From positions 1-64,000 of IMG/VR virus record IMGVR_UViG_3300013426_000028: a stretch of 64,000 nucleotides of DNA; one strand, given 5' to 3'. The position numbers were made by a program, and so were the translations under genes. Positions within the stretch are counted from its first letter, which is position 1. Every line of letters begins with the position of its first letter. The stretch is from a virus. Lineage: Duplodnaviria > Caudoviricetes. Under the pieces are notes generated by a model, which was not told the origin of the DNA, searched no databases, and saw nothing but the letters and a program-made list of their open reading frames with translations. Of the stretch, positions 27,344 to 37,485 are shown piece by piece.

Positions 27344-29764
27344 ATGGCAACAGAACCAAGTAAATTATTAGGTCAAGGAATTACAGCTAAAGTAACCCTT
27401 AACAACTATCGTTTTCCTCGTTATGGACACGAATCTGGCAAGTATGCTATTGTTTTATTAAGAGTTGAAAAATTATTGGAAGGAGAAATTCCTGATGATT
27501 TTAAAACTATTATGGGAGAATATGTGATTGTAGCAACAGGAAATATGCCTAAATTAAAAGAAGGCGTTGAGTACAATTTTATGGGAACTTTAACCAAGAA
27601 TAATAAATACGGGCTTCAATATGAAGTTATCTCGATGCATTTAGATTATAATTTAGAAAATAAAGAAGATCAAAGAAAATTCTTCAGTTTCTTTATGACT
27701 GATAGACAAATAGATTTATTATTTGAACAAGTGGAAGATCCTATTGCTTGTTTAAAAAATAAAACAGTTGAAGAATTATTAAAAGTAAAAGGTATTGGTC
27801 CAGTAACGGCTCGAAGAATGTGTGAACGATATGAAGAATGTAAAGACAATAGTAGAGCATATGTTGAACTAAAACAATTTGACCTAACAAAACGTGCTAT
27901 TGATCGTTTAATTAGTCAATATGGCTCGGCTGATGTTGCGGTTGAAAAAGTAATTGGTAATCCATATATTTTAATTAAAGAAGTTAGAGGTTATGGCTGG
28001 AAAAAAGCTGATGAAATAGCTAAAAGACAAGGATTTACAAATGATTGTAAAGAAAGAGTATTAGCATACGCTCAATATTATTTAGAGACACAAGGGGACC
28101 AAAATGGTAACTCGTGGGTATCTATTAATGATTTGTGTTCAAATGTGGCTGCTGAATGCGTTCCTGTGTCAAATGAAAACTTAGTTAATTGGTTAAAAGA
28201 AGTTATGCTTCCAGATGTTTTATATACTGAATTTTATAACGAAAAATACTTTAATCATAATGATAAAGTAGAAGATCCAAAAGCTTGGTTATATTTTGAC
28301 CAAAAAACAAGAGAAGTTGGATTATTAAGCATTAAAATTCTAGAAGATGAAATTGCGCGTCATTTACAACGAATTAAAAACGCTGAACCTGTCTTTAAGT
28401 ATGATAAAGAAGAATGTCAAAAGATTATCGAAGAAGTTGAAGAGGAACAAGGTTTTAAATATACAAATGAACAAATTAAAGCCATTTGGATGATGTTAGA
28501 TAATAACATTGGTATCTTAACAGGTTCTGCTGGTACTGGTAAATCTAACACATTAACGGCTGTTGTGCGTATATTCGATCATTATGATATGAATATTAAA
28601 CAATGTGCTTTGTCTGGACGGGCATCAAGTAAATTAACTGAAATTACTGGTGTTGAAGGTAAAACTATTCATAGATTATTAGCTTACTCAACGGATGCGG
28701 ACCAATTTTCGTTTAATGAAAAAAGACCTTTACACGATGATTGTATTATTCTTGATGAAGCTTCAATGGTTGGTGGAGAATTGTTCTTATCGTTAATTAG
28801 TGCGGTTAAAAATGGCGCTAAGTTTATTATGGTAGGAGATATTCAACAATTAGAATGCATTGGACTATGTAATGTATTAAAAGATTGTTTATCTTCAGGT
28901 TATATTCCTTCTGTGATGTTAAGTAAAATCCATCGTCAAGCAGCTAAATCTGGTATTATTTCTCAATCTTTAAGAGTATCCGCAGGAGAACCTTTAGTTC
29001 AAAACACATTTGAAGGAACTGAAACTCGTGGAGATTTGTTAGATTTTCATATCATTGCATCAAATGATAATAGAATGACACAAGAAAATATCATTAAAAG
29101 ATTTAAAGAATTATATTTCAATCGTAAAATTCCAGCAGAAGATATTCAGGTATTAGTACCGATGAGAGTTCGAGGAGATATTTCTTGTAGAGCCTTAAAT
29201 GAAGTTATTCAATCCATTGTAAATTCTACTATGACATTTAATGCTGTAACGGTTAAATATATGGATAGTGGGACAAAATATGAGGTTACATATAAACCAC
29301 GTGATAGAGTAATTGTAACACGAAATAACTATAAAGCATTAACACCTAATGGTAAAGAAGTTGCAATATTTAATGGTAATGTTGGTTACATTAAAGATAT
29401 TGATATAAAAGAAAGATCTATGACTATTGTGCTTCCAGAACAAGGAGAAGTTATTCTTGGAGAAGAGCAATGGGGCGATATTCAATTAGGATATGCTATT
29501 ACAATCCATAAAAAGCAAGGTGATAGTATTCCTTATGCAATTATAGGTTTAGATACAAGTTGTTATGCTTTATATTCAAAAGAATTAGTATATACCGCAA
29601 TTACTCGTGCAAGAACAGATTGTACCCTTGTAACACAAGCAAAAGCCATTAATCAAGCAGTCAAAATTAGTCGTATCAGAACAAAACAAACGTGGTTAAA
29701 AGAGTCTTTAAAGAAATTATATATGAATTCAATGGAAGCCATAATGGACGATAATAAAAATTAA
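27344..29764 (+). CDS. recD2: RecD2-like SF1B helicase
   Basis: HhH VKGIG, NPY.L, GSAGTGKS, TIHRLL, DEASMV, GDIQQL, IHRQA, YAITIHK.QG, YTAITRA. Confidence 0.9.
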   Translation: MATEPSKLLGQGITAKVTLNNYRFPRYGHESGKYAIVLLRVEKLLEGEIPDDFKTIMGEYVIVATGNMPKLKEGVEYNFMGTLTKNNKYGLQYEVISMHLDYNLENKEDQRKFFSFFMTDRQIDLLFEQVEDPIACLKNKTVEELLKVKGIGPVTARRMCERYEECKDNSRAYVELKQFDLTKRAIDRLISQYGSADVAVEKVIGNPYILIKEVRGYGWKKADEIAKRQGFTNDCKERVLAYAQYYLETQGDQNGNSWVSINDLCSNVAAECVPVSNENLVNWLKEVMLPDVLYTEFYNEKYFNHNDKVEDPKAWLYFDQKTREVGLLSIKILEDEIARHLQRIKNAEPVFKYDKEECQKIIEEVEEEQGFKYTNEQIKAIWMMLDNNIGILTGSAGTGKSNTLTAVVRIFDHYDMNIKQCALSGRASSKLTEITGVEGKTIHRLLAYSTDADQFSFNEKRPLHDDCIILDEASMVGGELFLSLISAVKNGAKFIMVGDIQQLECIGLCNVLKDCLSSGYIPSVMLSKIHRQAAKSGIISQSLRVSAGEPLVQNTFEGTETRGDLLDFHIIASNDNRMTQENIIKRFKELYFNRKIPAEDIQVLVPMRVRGDISCRALNEVIQSIVNSTMTFNAVTVKYMDSGTKYEVTYKPRDRVIVTRNNYKALTPNGKEVAIFNGNVGYIKDIDIKERSMTIVLPEQGEVILGEEQWGDIQLGYAITIHKKQGDSIPYAIIGLDTSCYALYSKELVYTAITRARTDCTLVTQAKAINQAVKISRIRTKQTWLKESLKKLYMNSMEAIMDDNKN

Positions 29765-29787
29765 AGAAAGAGAGTTGTAGTTAAAAC

Positions 29788-30366
29788 ATGGATTATGTTA
29801 CATCAGATTTACATTTTAGACACAATCGAATTATTATATTTGAAAGAACTCAATTTAAAACCGTAGAAGAACACGATCAATATATTATAGAACAATGGAA
29901 CTCTGTCATCAAGGATAATGATCGAGTGTTTGTATTAGGAGATATTGGTTTTAAGCCTTTCTCAGAACTAGGAAAACTAGTTAAGCAACTAAAAGGGCAT
30001 AAGATTCTTGTAAAAGGAAATCACGATCAAATGGTTGTAGGAGATGCAATTAATATGGGTTTTGAAATGATGTATGATCATCCTATTTATTATAACACAC
30101 ATATTATTTTATCACACGAGCCCGTAAAAGAAGCGTGGGATAATCCTTATGTTTATAATATTCACGGACATTGTCATAACTTTCAAACTATTGATGCACC
30201 TAATTTTGTAAATGTTAATATTGCCACTACTGATTATAAACCAATTCCTATGGCACAATTTGTATCTAAAGCCAATTTAAGATGTAAATCAAGAAAAGAA
30301 AAATGGGGAACCGAATGGTATTATCCATATTTATTAAAAAAAGAGCAAGACAGTCGCAATAAGTGA
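29788..30366 (+). CDS. Calcineurin-like metallophosphoesterase
   Basis: SDLH, LGD, GNHD, SH.P, HGH.H. Confidence 0.88.
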   Translation: MDYVTSDLHFRHNRIIIFERTQFKTVEEHDQYIIEQWNSVIKDNDRVFVLGDIGFKPFSELGKLVKQLKGHKILVKGNHDQMVVGDAINMGFEMMYDHPIYYNTHIILSHEPVKEAWDNPYVYNIHGHCHNFQTIDAPNFVNVNIATTDYKPIPMAQFVSKANLRCKSRKEKWGTEWYYPYLLKKEQDSRNK

Positions 30367-30395
30367 AAAAATTGCGACTTTTTCTTCTTTTTCTA

Positions 30396-30423
30396 TTGAC
30401 TTTTAAATATATTCTAGTATTAT
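30396..30423 (+). promoter_or_regulatory. Promoter preceded by terminator at 30352..30392
   Basis: AGTCGCAAT/ATTGCGACT hairpin with T-run; TTGACT-N16-TATTAT. Confidence 0.65.
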
Positions 30424-30449
30424 TAATAATGTAAAAGGGAGGTATTATT

Positions 30450-30731
30450 ATGTTACCAATAACAGAAGTTAAACGCATTGTCAAAAAAGAAATTGAAAGG
30501 TTAGGTTATGGATGCAAAGAAATAGAATCTAAGTCAACAACATCAGTATATTATAAAATCTATTTTGGTGAAGCCAATATGATTTTTAGAATTGCTGACC
30601 ATAAAGGAAAACAAGATATTATTACTTTACGCGTTGATAAAAAAACTACACCTGAAACGATTAAGCAATTTGCTAAAAATCGTATTAAAGATTTAGCATG
30701 GCGTAAGACTAAAATGACACTAGGCTTGTAA
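30450..30731 (+). CDS. Hypothetical protein
   Basis: GGGAGG RBS; FRIADH motif. Confidence 0.55.
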   Translation: MLPITEVKRIVKKEIERLGYGCKEIESKSTTSVYYKIYFGEANMIFRIADHKGKQDIITLRVDKKTTPETIKQFAKNRIKDLAWRKTKMTLGL

Positions 30732-30745
30732 AGGAGGTATGGCGA

Positions 30746-31996
30746 ATGGCAGAAGAAGAATACAAGCGTGCATTAGCACATGTCGAAAAAGTAGTAGACA
30801 TTCAACCTATTGAAGGAGCAGACCGAATTGTTCTTGCAACTATTTTAGGTTGGAAAGTAGTAGTTAAAAAAGATGAGTTTAAGGTAGGAGATTTAGCAGT
30901 TTATGTGGAAATTGACTCTGTTTTACCTGCCGATGATGTGAGATTTGAGTTTTTAAAGAGTAAAGATTATCGCATCAAAACGATGAAGCTAAACAAATTC
31001 AAAGTGTTTAGTCAAGGAATTGCGTTCCACGTTAACGAATTTCCAGAAATTAAAAATCCTGTTGAAGGAATGGATGTGACAGAGGTTTTAAAGATTACTA
31101 AATATGAACCTTATGAACCACCAGTCAAATCTCTTTCTTACAAAGAAGCTAAAAATAAGAGAATGTTTGCTCGACATCCTAAATTTTTCCAAAGCAAATT
31201 TGGTAAATTTGTCAGAAAGCATCCTACATTATAAAAGATATTTGAATGTTTCTGGGGCGGTAAGAACATTAAGCCTAAGAAATTCCCTGATTGGATTAGA
31301 AGAACTGATGAAATCAGATGTGAAAACATTGCAGATATTTGTTCTTATAAAAAGCCACTTTTAGTAACGTGTAAAGTTGACGGCTCAAGTACCACATTTG
31401 CATTAAGATTTAAAAACGAAAAGCATAAAAAATACGAAATATTTGTATGTTCTCGTAATGTTCGTATGTTAACCGAAACACAATCTTGTTACTTTGAAAC
31501 AAACGTATATTATGAGATGTTCAAAAAATATAATGTTGAAGAATTCTTAAAAGCAACAGCAAATCTTTTACAAGCAGATTTTGTTATTTTACAAGGTGAA
31601 ACATATGGTGATAAATTGCAAGGAAATCCTTATAAAATGGATTATGTTGACTTCAGAGGATATAACTTAATTTATGGTTATATGGAAGGAACAAAGCAAT
31701 TTAAAGCAAATGTTAATAATCCATTATATCATAGAGTAGGAGACACAATTCAAACACGTATCAATAGTATTAAAGCTAAAGAAATGTGTGAAATTCACGA
31801 TATTAAATGGGTTCCAATTTTAGAAGAAAACTTCATTCTTCCTGATACCATGGAAGAATTAAAGCAACAAGCTACTGGGGCATCAGTTATTAATCCTGGC
31901 GTATTAAGAGAAGGACTTGTTTATCGTTCAACAACCGATCCAGAGTTCTCATTTAAAAATGTTTCAAGAGAATATTTATTAAGCAAGGGGGAATAG
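30746..31996 (+). pseudogene. RNA ligase (DRB0094/Rnl2-like with N-terminal tRNA-binding OB) interrupted by one in-frame TAA at 31232..31234
   Basis: I.PIEGADRI, GW.VVV, EIDS; the same frame continues past TAA: FPDWIRRTDEIRCEN, KVDGSS (motif I), CSRN, QGE.YG, REG.V, SFK. Confidence 0.8.
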
Positions 31997-32000
31997 AATT

Positions 32001-33185
32001 ATGTGGCATAGAAAGAATTCTGTCTATTTAGACGGAGCTTCTAATACCCCTGTTGAACCAAAAGTATTTAAAGCAATGCGTCCATATTTAACTGGGCGCT
32101 TTGTTGGTAATACCGCTTCAACACATGAATTTGGTGAAAAAGCGTTCACAGTATTAGAAAACGGTAGAGACAAATTAAGTCAATTAATAGGATGCGAACC
32201 TGATGAAGTTTATTTTACTTCTGGAGCAACTGAAGGTAATAACTGGGTTCTTCAAGGCTTAGCATTACACGAAAAAATTTATAATAATATGAAAAGAAAT
32301 CATATTATTGTATCATGTGTAGAGCATTCTTCTATATTAAATACTTGTAAAGAACTTGAAAAATGGGGGTTTGAAGTTGATTACTTACCAATTAATAAAA
32401 AGCGTGGCGGAGTTGTCACCGCTGCAACTTTAAAACAACATTTGAGGCAAACAACTTTATTAGTATGTATTATGGCGGTTAACAATGAAATAGGTTCTAA
32501 TAATACTATTGCTGCTTTAGGAAGAGTGGTACAAAAGAGTAATGCTTTCTTCTTATGTGATTGTACTCAAGCGTTATCATACGGCGGCAAAGATATGAAA
32601 ATAGCAGAAAGATTTTATAATATTGATTATTTAACTTTCTCAGGACATAAAATATATGGTCCAACTGGCACAGGTTGTTTAATTGCTCGCAAAAGAGCTC
32701 CGTTATATTGTATGATACACGGAGGTTCTCAAGAAGATGGTTTACGTGGTGGAACAATTAACTTGGCAGGCGTTGTGGGCCTAATAGAAGCTTATTCACA
32801 AATGTCTAAACACGATTATTTCAAACATTATGCATCTTTATATGAATATCTTTTAAAAAGAATTAAAGAAGAGAATTTACCTATCGTTCTTAATGTGGAA
32901 CCAACTGTTTATTCAATTATTAGTATTAGATTAGAAACTGATAAAATAGCTTTTTCTGAAAATTACACATTTGCTGATGCGTTAGCGGTACAAGGAATTG
33001 CTTGCTCTTCTACATCAGCTTGTGATGAAAAAAATCCTGATGAGCATCATTTGTCTCATGTATTAAAAGCTTTAGGTTTATCAAATTTAGATATTGCACG
33101 ATCTGCAAGATTATCTTTTACAAAATATAATACTAAAAAAGACATAGATTTATTAATAAAAGCGGTCAAAAAAATCATTGCCTAA
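32001..33185 (+). CDS. iscS: Cysteine desulfurase (IscS/NifS, class V PLP)
   Basis: YLD.AS.TP, FTSGATEGNN, SGHKIYGP.G.G (PLP Lys), GG.QE.GLRGGT, SSTSAC (catalytic Cys). Confidence 0.9.
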   Translation: MWHRKNSVYLDGASNTPVEPKVFKAMRPYLTGRFVGNTASTHEFGEKAFTVLENGRDKLSQLIGCEPDEVYFTSGATEGNNWVLQGLALHEKIYNNMKRNHIIVSCVEHSSILNTCKELEKWGFEVDYLPINKKRGGVVTAATLKQHLRQTTLLVCIMAVNNEIGSNNTIAALGRVVQKSNAFFLCDCTQALSYGGKDMKIAERFYNIDYLTFSGHKIYGPTGTGCLIARKRAPLYCMIHGGSQEDGLRGGTINLAGVVGLIEAYSQMSKHDYFKHYASLYEYLLKRIKEENLPIVLNVEPTVYSIISIRLETDKIAFSENYTFADALAVQGIACSSTSACDEKNPDEHHLSHVLKALGLSNLDIARSARLSFTKYNTKKDIDLLIKAVKKIIA

Positions 33186-33300
33186 AAATACTCAGAAAAT
33201 GCTAGAAAATTTTACAAAATGAAAAACTCTAGCATTTCTGCATTATTTCAATAAAAACTATGACAAAAATAATATATTTATTATTTTTATAAAAAAACAC

Positions 33301-33328
33301 TTGATTTTAAAAAATATTTTGCTATAAT
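33301..33328 (+). promoter_or_regulatory. Promoter
   Basis: TTGATT-N16-TATAAT. Confidence 0.6.
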
Positions 33329-33356
33329 AAATAGTGAAGAAAGGAGATTAAAATTT

Positions 33357-33968
33357 ATGGGATTAGACATCGGTTTTAGAGTATGGGACAAAACTCCCGA
33401 AGGTAGATTAGTTGAGCATAAGTTATCAGAGGCTGATTATTGGGACTCTGGTTCTTGTGGCAGATGTGAAATGAATTATGCTTGGAATTATGGATGCAAG
33501 GATGATTACGAAAAAAAGATTTATTCTTCGCCTGTATTCTCTAAAGAGTTTGACGGATACGCACAAACAGAAGGAGATCCTGCTGGAAACAGCTGGACCA
33601 ATAAATATGTTTATGTTAACTTTGAAGATTTCAGAAAAGTTATCAATGCTAAAATTGAAGAAGTTGACAAAGAGCATTCTGATTGGAGCCTTCGTTTATT
33701 AAGAGAGCAAGCCAATATGAAACACGAAATCAAAGAATATCGTGACCTTCAATTAAGATGTACCGAAGAAAATGCTTATGCCTTCGATCGTTTCCAAGAA
33801 GAGATTAACAAATTGAAAGAAGCTATTGCATATAGTGAAGAAACGTATCGTAATCTTGATAAAGAAGATTATGATTATTCAAAAGCTATGGCTTGCAAGC
33901 GTATGCTTGAATTAATGGCAAAGTTTATTAAAGAAGGATATGTCGTTACAACATATTATTCTGATTAA
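33357..33968 (+). CDS. Hypothetical phage protein
   Basis: AAGGAG RBS; MGLDI start. Confidence 0.6.
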   Translation: MGLDIGFRVWDKTPEGRLVEHKLSEADYWDSGSCGRCEMNYAWNYGCKDDYEKKIYSSPVFSKEFDGYAQTEGDPAGNSWTNKYVYVNFEDFRKVINAKIEEVDKEHSDWSLRLLREQANMKHEIKEYRDLQLRCTEENAYAFDRFQEEINKLKEAIAYSEETYRNLDKEDYDYSKAMACKRMLELMAKFIKEGYVVTTYYSD

Positions 33969-34000
33969 TAAATAGTAAAAAACAAAAAAGGAGAATTTTA

Positions 34001-34483
34001 ATGAGTCGTAAACGTTTTGATGATGATGAAGATTTCTATGAACCTCGTAACAAGAAAAAAACTAAAAAAGGTCGCACAGGACTAGGAGAGCAATTTGCTA
34101 GTATCACAGAGAATACCGAAGATGTATTTGAAAATACTAACACTGTGACATTCGGAAGATTTTGTTCTAACGATCAAAGAAAGAATAAAACTTTCGTTCA
34201 ACCAGATCCAGCACCTAAGAGAGTTGAAACTCCAAGATACACTCCTCAACCTAATAAGACACCTATTCCTGTCAACATCTTGAGAGTTAACAATAGAGAC
34301 ATAGATCTGACGACAGCTAAAGGCATCTTTAAACAACCTGACGAGTTATCCTTATTAATTAAATATAATGACGGGTCAGAAGAAGTTATTTCTTTCAAAG
34401 ATAAGAACTTCACAACAAAGATGTTCTATAGAGCATTAGGTTTCATTAAAAATCAAAAAAGAATTAATAAAGAGAGAAAGTAA
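34001..34483 (+). CDS. Hypothetical protein
   Basis: AAGGAG RBS; followed by terminator 34470..34500. Confidence 0.6.
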   Translation: MSRKRFDDDEDFYEPRNKKKTKKGRTGLGEQFASITENTEDVFENTNTVTFGRFCSNDQRKNKTFVQPDPAPKRVETPRYTPQPNKTPIPVNILRVNNRDIDLTTAKGIFKQPDELSLLIKYNDGSEEVISFKDKNFTTKMFYRALGFIKNQKRINKERK

Positions 34484-34501
34484 AAATTCTCTCTTTTTTT
34501 C

Positions 34502-34529
34502 TTGACTTTTATAAATAATCCTATATACT
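34502..34529 (+). promoter_or_regulatory. Promoter
   Basis: TTGACT-N16-TATACT. Confidence 0.65.
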
Positions 34530-34599
34530 ATTATTGTAAATCAACAAAAACAGCTAAATAAAATTACCATTTTATTTTAGCGGAAAGGATGAAAAATTT

Positions 34600-34788
34600 A
34601 TGTTATTTATACTTTTAGTAGATTTGTTAGTAGGACTTGCGATTATTTTATTGTTACCCGCTGTAGCAATCTTATGGGTAGGAGCATTCGCAGCTATACC
34701 TGCATGGCTTAATATTACTTGCTTGTCTATTATAACTTTTATTTCATTAATAATTTTAATTGGTTTATTAGTTTCTGACCATAACTAA
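34600..34788 (+). CDS. Small membrane protein
   Basis: Very hydrophobic; GAAAGGA RBS. Confidence 0.5.
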   Translation: MLFILLVDLLVGLAIILLLPAVAILWVGAFAAIPAWLNITCLSIITFISLIILIGLLVSDHN

Positions 34789-34808
34789 AGAAAAGAGGAA
34801 AAATACAA

Positions 34809-35126
34809 ATGAATGATAACATTATGAAGATTGAAGATTTTACAAACAAACTTGTGCTTGTGGCTTTTAAAGATAAGTCAACAGCAAATGGTTGGTTAGT
34901 ACGTGATGATAAGAAAAAAGGAAAATATCTTATTTTATCATGCTTTGATAATAAGATCACCACTTTCTCTTTGTCACAAATCAAATATCTTGCTTATATA
35001 AATGGAGCTTGCTTTTTTAAATACCAAGGGAAAAATATTTTCAAAGTGGTATATATGCCAAATGAATTATCTTACGAGTCATACGGAAAACTTCAAAGAC
35101 TTGCAGAAACAGGAGAAATAAATTAA
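34809..35126 (+). CDS. Hypothetical protein
   Basis: GAGG RBS, operon packing. Confidence 0.55.
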   Translation: MNDNIMKIEDFTNKLVLVAFKDKSTANGWLVRDDKKKGKYLILSCFDNKITTFSLSQIKYLAYINGACFFKYQGKNIFKVVYMPNELSYESYGKLQRLAETGEIN

Positions 35127-35127
35127 T

Positions 35128-35454
35128 ATGTGGAAATATAATAATGAACGATTTGTTGTGTTAGATACAGGAGATATTATTGATACTTGTTCTTGGGGCT
35201 GTCAGGGCTGGGGAGACAGTTATCAAACACATTTAGAAATTGAAGGTAACAAAGTATATGTCACTTACTGGACCGCAGGCGATTATGATTATAATGACGA
35301 GTTTGATAAACTATTTCTTGGTAATATCGTCTATAGTTCTAATAAACCTTTCTTAGTCAAAGAGTCTGTTCTGTCAAGAACTCCAACAATTACCTATGAT
35401 GAATATAATTTAGACCTATCAGACTTCATAGGGGAGATACGAGGCAATGAGTAA
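35128..35454 (+). CDS. Hypothetical protein
   Basis: AGGAG RBS. Confidence 0.55.
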   Translation: MWKYNNERFVVLDTGDIIDTCSWGCQGWGDSYQTHLEIEGNKVYVTYWTAGDYDYNDEFDKLFLGNIVYSSNKPFLVKESVLSRTPTITYDEYNLDLSDFIGEIRGNE

Positions 35455-35683
35455 CAAAAGTGTTATTAGTATTCAACCTTCTGAAAAAGAACTCTGGGAT
35501 AAAGCTAACACACAAGGTTATGTGTGGATTAAGTCTGATACTGGATTTATTACTAAAGATGAATTAGATACTTATAGTAGATTAGAAACCGTATGGTATA
35601 AAGTATGGCTGCATCAAGAAGACTATGGTTCTAAATGGGCTCTGACAAGGGAGGAGTTGGAAAATGGATACAAACTTAATTAA
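35447..35683 (+). CDS. Hypothetical protein with DYG..WALT.EEL tail
   Basis: Tail shared with 36282..36656. Confidence 0.55.
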   Translation: MSNKSVISIQPSEKELWDKANTQGYVWIKSDTGFITKDELDTYSRLETVWYKVWLHQEDYGSKWALTREELENGYKLN

Positions 35684-35930
35684 AATTGAATTCACCTACA
35701 GGCAATGGGAAATAATATTGGATACTATAAAAAATGAATATTGTGAAAATATGGAAGTTTATAATGAGTTAAATTCAATTAGTTCTGAAACTTTATCAAA
35801 ATTAGACGGTCGAGAACTAGAGGTATATAAAAATCAATTGAATTACATAAAAACTATTGTAGAAACAAAGCAAGAAATTATATCTGTGATTAAGCAAGAA
35901 TTAAAGAAAGAGGTGTTAAAAAATGATTAA
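35664..35930 (+). CDS. Hypothetical protein
   Basis: GGAGG RBS. Confidence 0.5.
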   Translation: MDTNLIKIEFTYRQWEIILDTIKNEYCENMEVYNELNSISSETLSKLDGRELEVYKNQLNYIKTIVETKQEIISVIKQELKKEVLKND

Positions 35931-36267
35931 AGTAACTGCTAAGACTGATGAAAATTTATATTTTACTTACATGCTTTATCCTATGTTATCTGATGGTTGT
36001 TATGTCATTGCTTGTTTTAATTATAATGATAAACATAATACATATTTCTTTTTAGAAGATATTAAATCAATAGAAAAACAAGTATCAGATTTAACCATAT
36101 CTGAAATGCATATGCTTGGTATGCATACGATAAATATTGACGATGATACAGTTCAATTTGATCCTGCTGAATTTCGAGTAACAGATTTCATAAATGTTAC
36201 ACAACACGTTAAAGACTGCCTTAAAAGAGCAGCACTGGTATTTAATGATTATGATATTGATAAATAA
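35923..36267 (+). CDS. Hypothetical protein, paralog of 5633..6004
   Basis: Shared motifs; GAGGTG RBS. Confidence 0.6.
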   Translation: MIKVTAKTDENLYFTYMLYPMLSDGCYVIACFNYNDKHNTYFFLEDIKSIEKQVSDLTISEMHMLGMHTINIDDDTVQFDPAEFRVTDFINVTQHVKDCLKRAALVFNDYDIDK

Positions 36268-36281
36268 GGAAGGATAAAATT

Positions 36282-36656
36282 ATGAAAAGATTAACACAAA
36301 AAACTTTATATGATGGTGAAGAACTTTATGGCTCAATAGATGTACCCTGTGATGATTTAGATTATTTAGAATTAGTATACGATAAATTAGGTAAATTAGA
36401 AGATATAGAAGAAGAAATTGGTATTGATTTAATTACTTTATTTAAAACACAAATGCAAGACACAATTTACTATAAGGGTTATCAGTTCGATTATAAAATT
36501 AAAGAATGTTATGTTATCAATGTTGCTAGAGTTTATAGAAACAAAAAACCTGTATATGTACTTCTGTTAAATAATGATGAGTGGATATGTGGTATATCAG
36601 TATATGCTAGTGATTATGGTAAAACTTGGGCATTAACTAAGGAGGAATTAAAATAA
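36282..36656 (+). CDS. Hypothetical protein, paralog of 6008..6379
   Basis: Shared motifs. Confidence 0.65.
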   Translation: MKRLTQKTLYDGEELYGSIDVPCDDLDYLELVYDKLGKLEDIEEEIGIDLITLFKTQMQDTIYYKGYQFDYKIKECYVINVARVYRNKKPVYVLLLNNDEWICGISVYASDYGKTWALTKEELK

Positions 36657-36787
36657 TGTATTTAATAGACTGGGTTCAAGAATGGGCTAAGATAGAAACA
36701 ATTAGTGCATATATCGGTTATGGATTATTAGGATTGGCGGTATTAATAGTATTAATTGGTATAATTATATTGTTAATTAAAGGTTAA
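36656..36787 (+). CDS. Small single-TM peptide (43 aa, not in ORF track)
   Basis: AAGGAGG RBS, TAATG overlap; GLLGLAVLIVLIGIIILLIKG. Confidence 0.55.
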   Translation: MYLIDWVQEWAKIETISAYIGYGLLGLAVLIVLIGIIILLIKG

Positions 36788-36803
36788 AGGAGGAATTGAA
36801 ATA

Positions 36804-37019
36804 ATGGCTTATTTAAGAGTTTGGATGTTAGATAAATTAATAGTAAAATCTGAAATCAGTGATGATTATGCAGATCAAATGATAATGAATTATAAAAAAT
36901 GTTATAAAAATTACGAGGTACATAAATATAATACTGATGCTGATATTTTAGTTGAAGATGCAATGTTTATATTTAATAATATGTATGTAATTATAACTAA
37001 GGAGCGACCAGAACGATGA
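36804..37019 (+). CDS. Hypothetical protein
   Basis: AAGGAGG RBS. Confidence 0.55.
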   Translation: MAYLRVWMLDKLIVKSEISDDYADQMIMNYKKCYKNYEVHKYNTDADILVEDAMFIFNNMYVIITKERPER

Positions 37020-37219
37020 GAATTAAATGGCATAATTTATATAATACAATATACAACACGTTAAATAAGAGACAAGTGAAAGAATTGACTTTAGCATTGG
37101 CAGTTCTGAAAGATGGAATGGATATCCTTTTTGAACTAGATGAATTATCTGATATATATAATTTTAAAGATATGAAAGAATTAGAAAATTTATTGAAAGG
37201 AATTGTGCAAAATGGATAA
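37016..37219 (+). CDS. Hypothetical protein
   Basis: ATGA overlap, AAGGAG RBS. Confidence 0.5.
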   Translation: MRIKWHNLYNTIYNTLNKRQVKELTLALAVLKDGMDILFELDELSDIYNFKDMKELENLLKGIVQNG

Positions 37220-37484
37220 TAAAGAGTTTGTTTTAGAAGCTTTAAAAAGGTTAATTCCTGATACCAGTTGGTGGGGAGAATCTAGACATGATGATGAATC
37301 AATTGACAGTATAGAATTATTAGAAGATATGTTTGATATTATGTTAAGAGAACTTTTAAATGATTCAGTCGTTCCTGCTGGTAATAGAGGTAATGGCTCT
37401 TATGAGTCTATTGCAAAAGCAAAGCAAAAGGTTATAGAACATATTAGGGATTGTTTACCAAGCAATGAAGAAGGTGAAGAATAG
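37212..37484 (+). CDS. Hypothetical protein
   Basis: GAAAGGA RBS before ATG 37212. Confidence 0.5.
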   Translation: MDNKEFVLEALKRLIPDTSWWGESRHDDESIDSIELLEDMFDIMLRELLNDSVVPAGNRGNGSYESIAKAKQKVIEHIRDCLPSNEEGEE

Positions 37485-37485
37485 T

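Noticed and set aside
31104-31364. Frameshift product bridging the RNA ligase halves
   Set aside because: The ligase motifs continue in the original frame after the TAA, so no frameshift is needed
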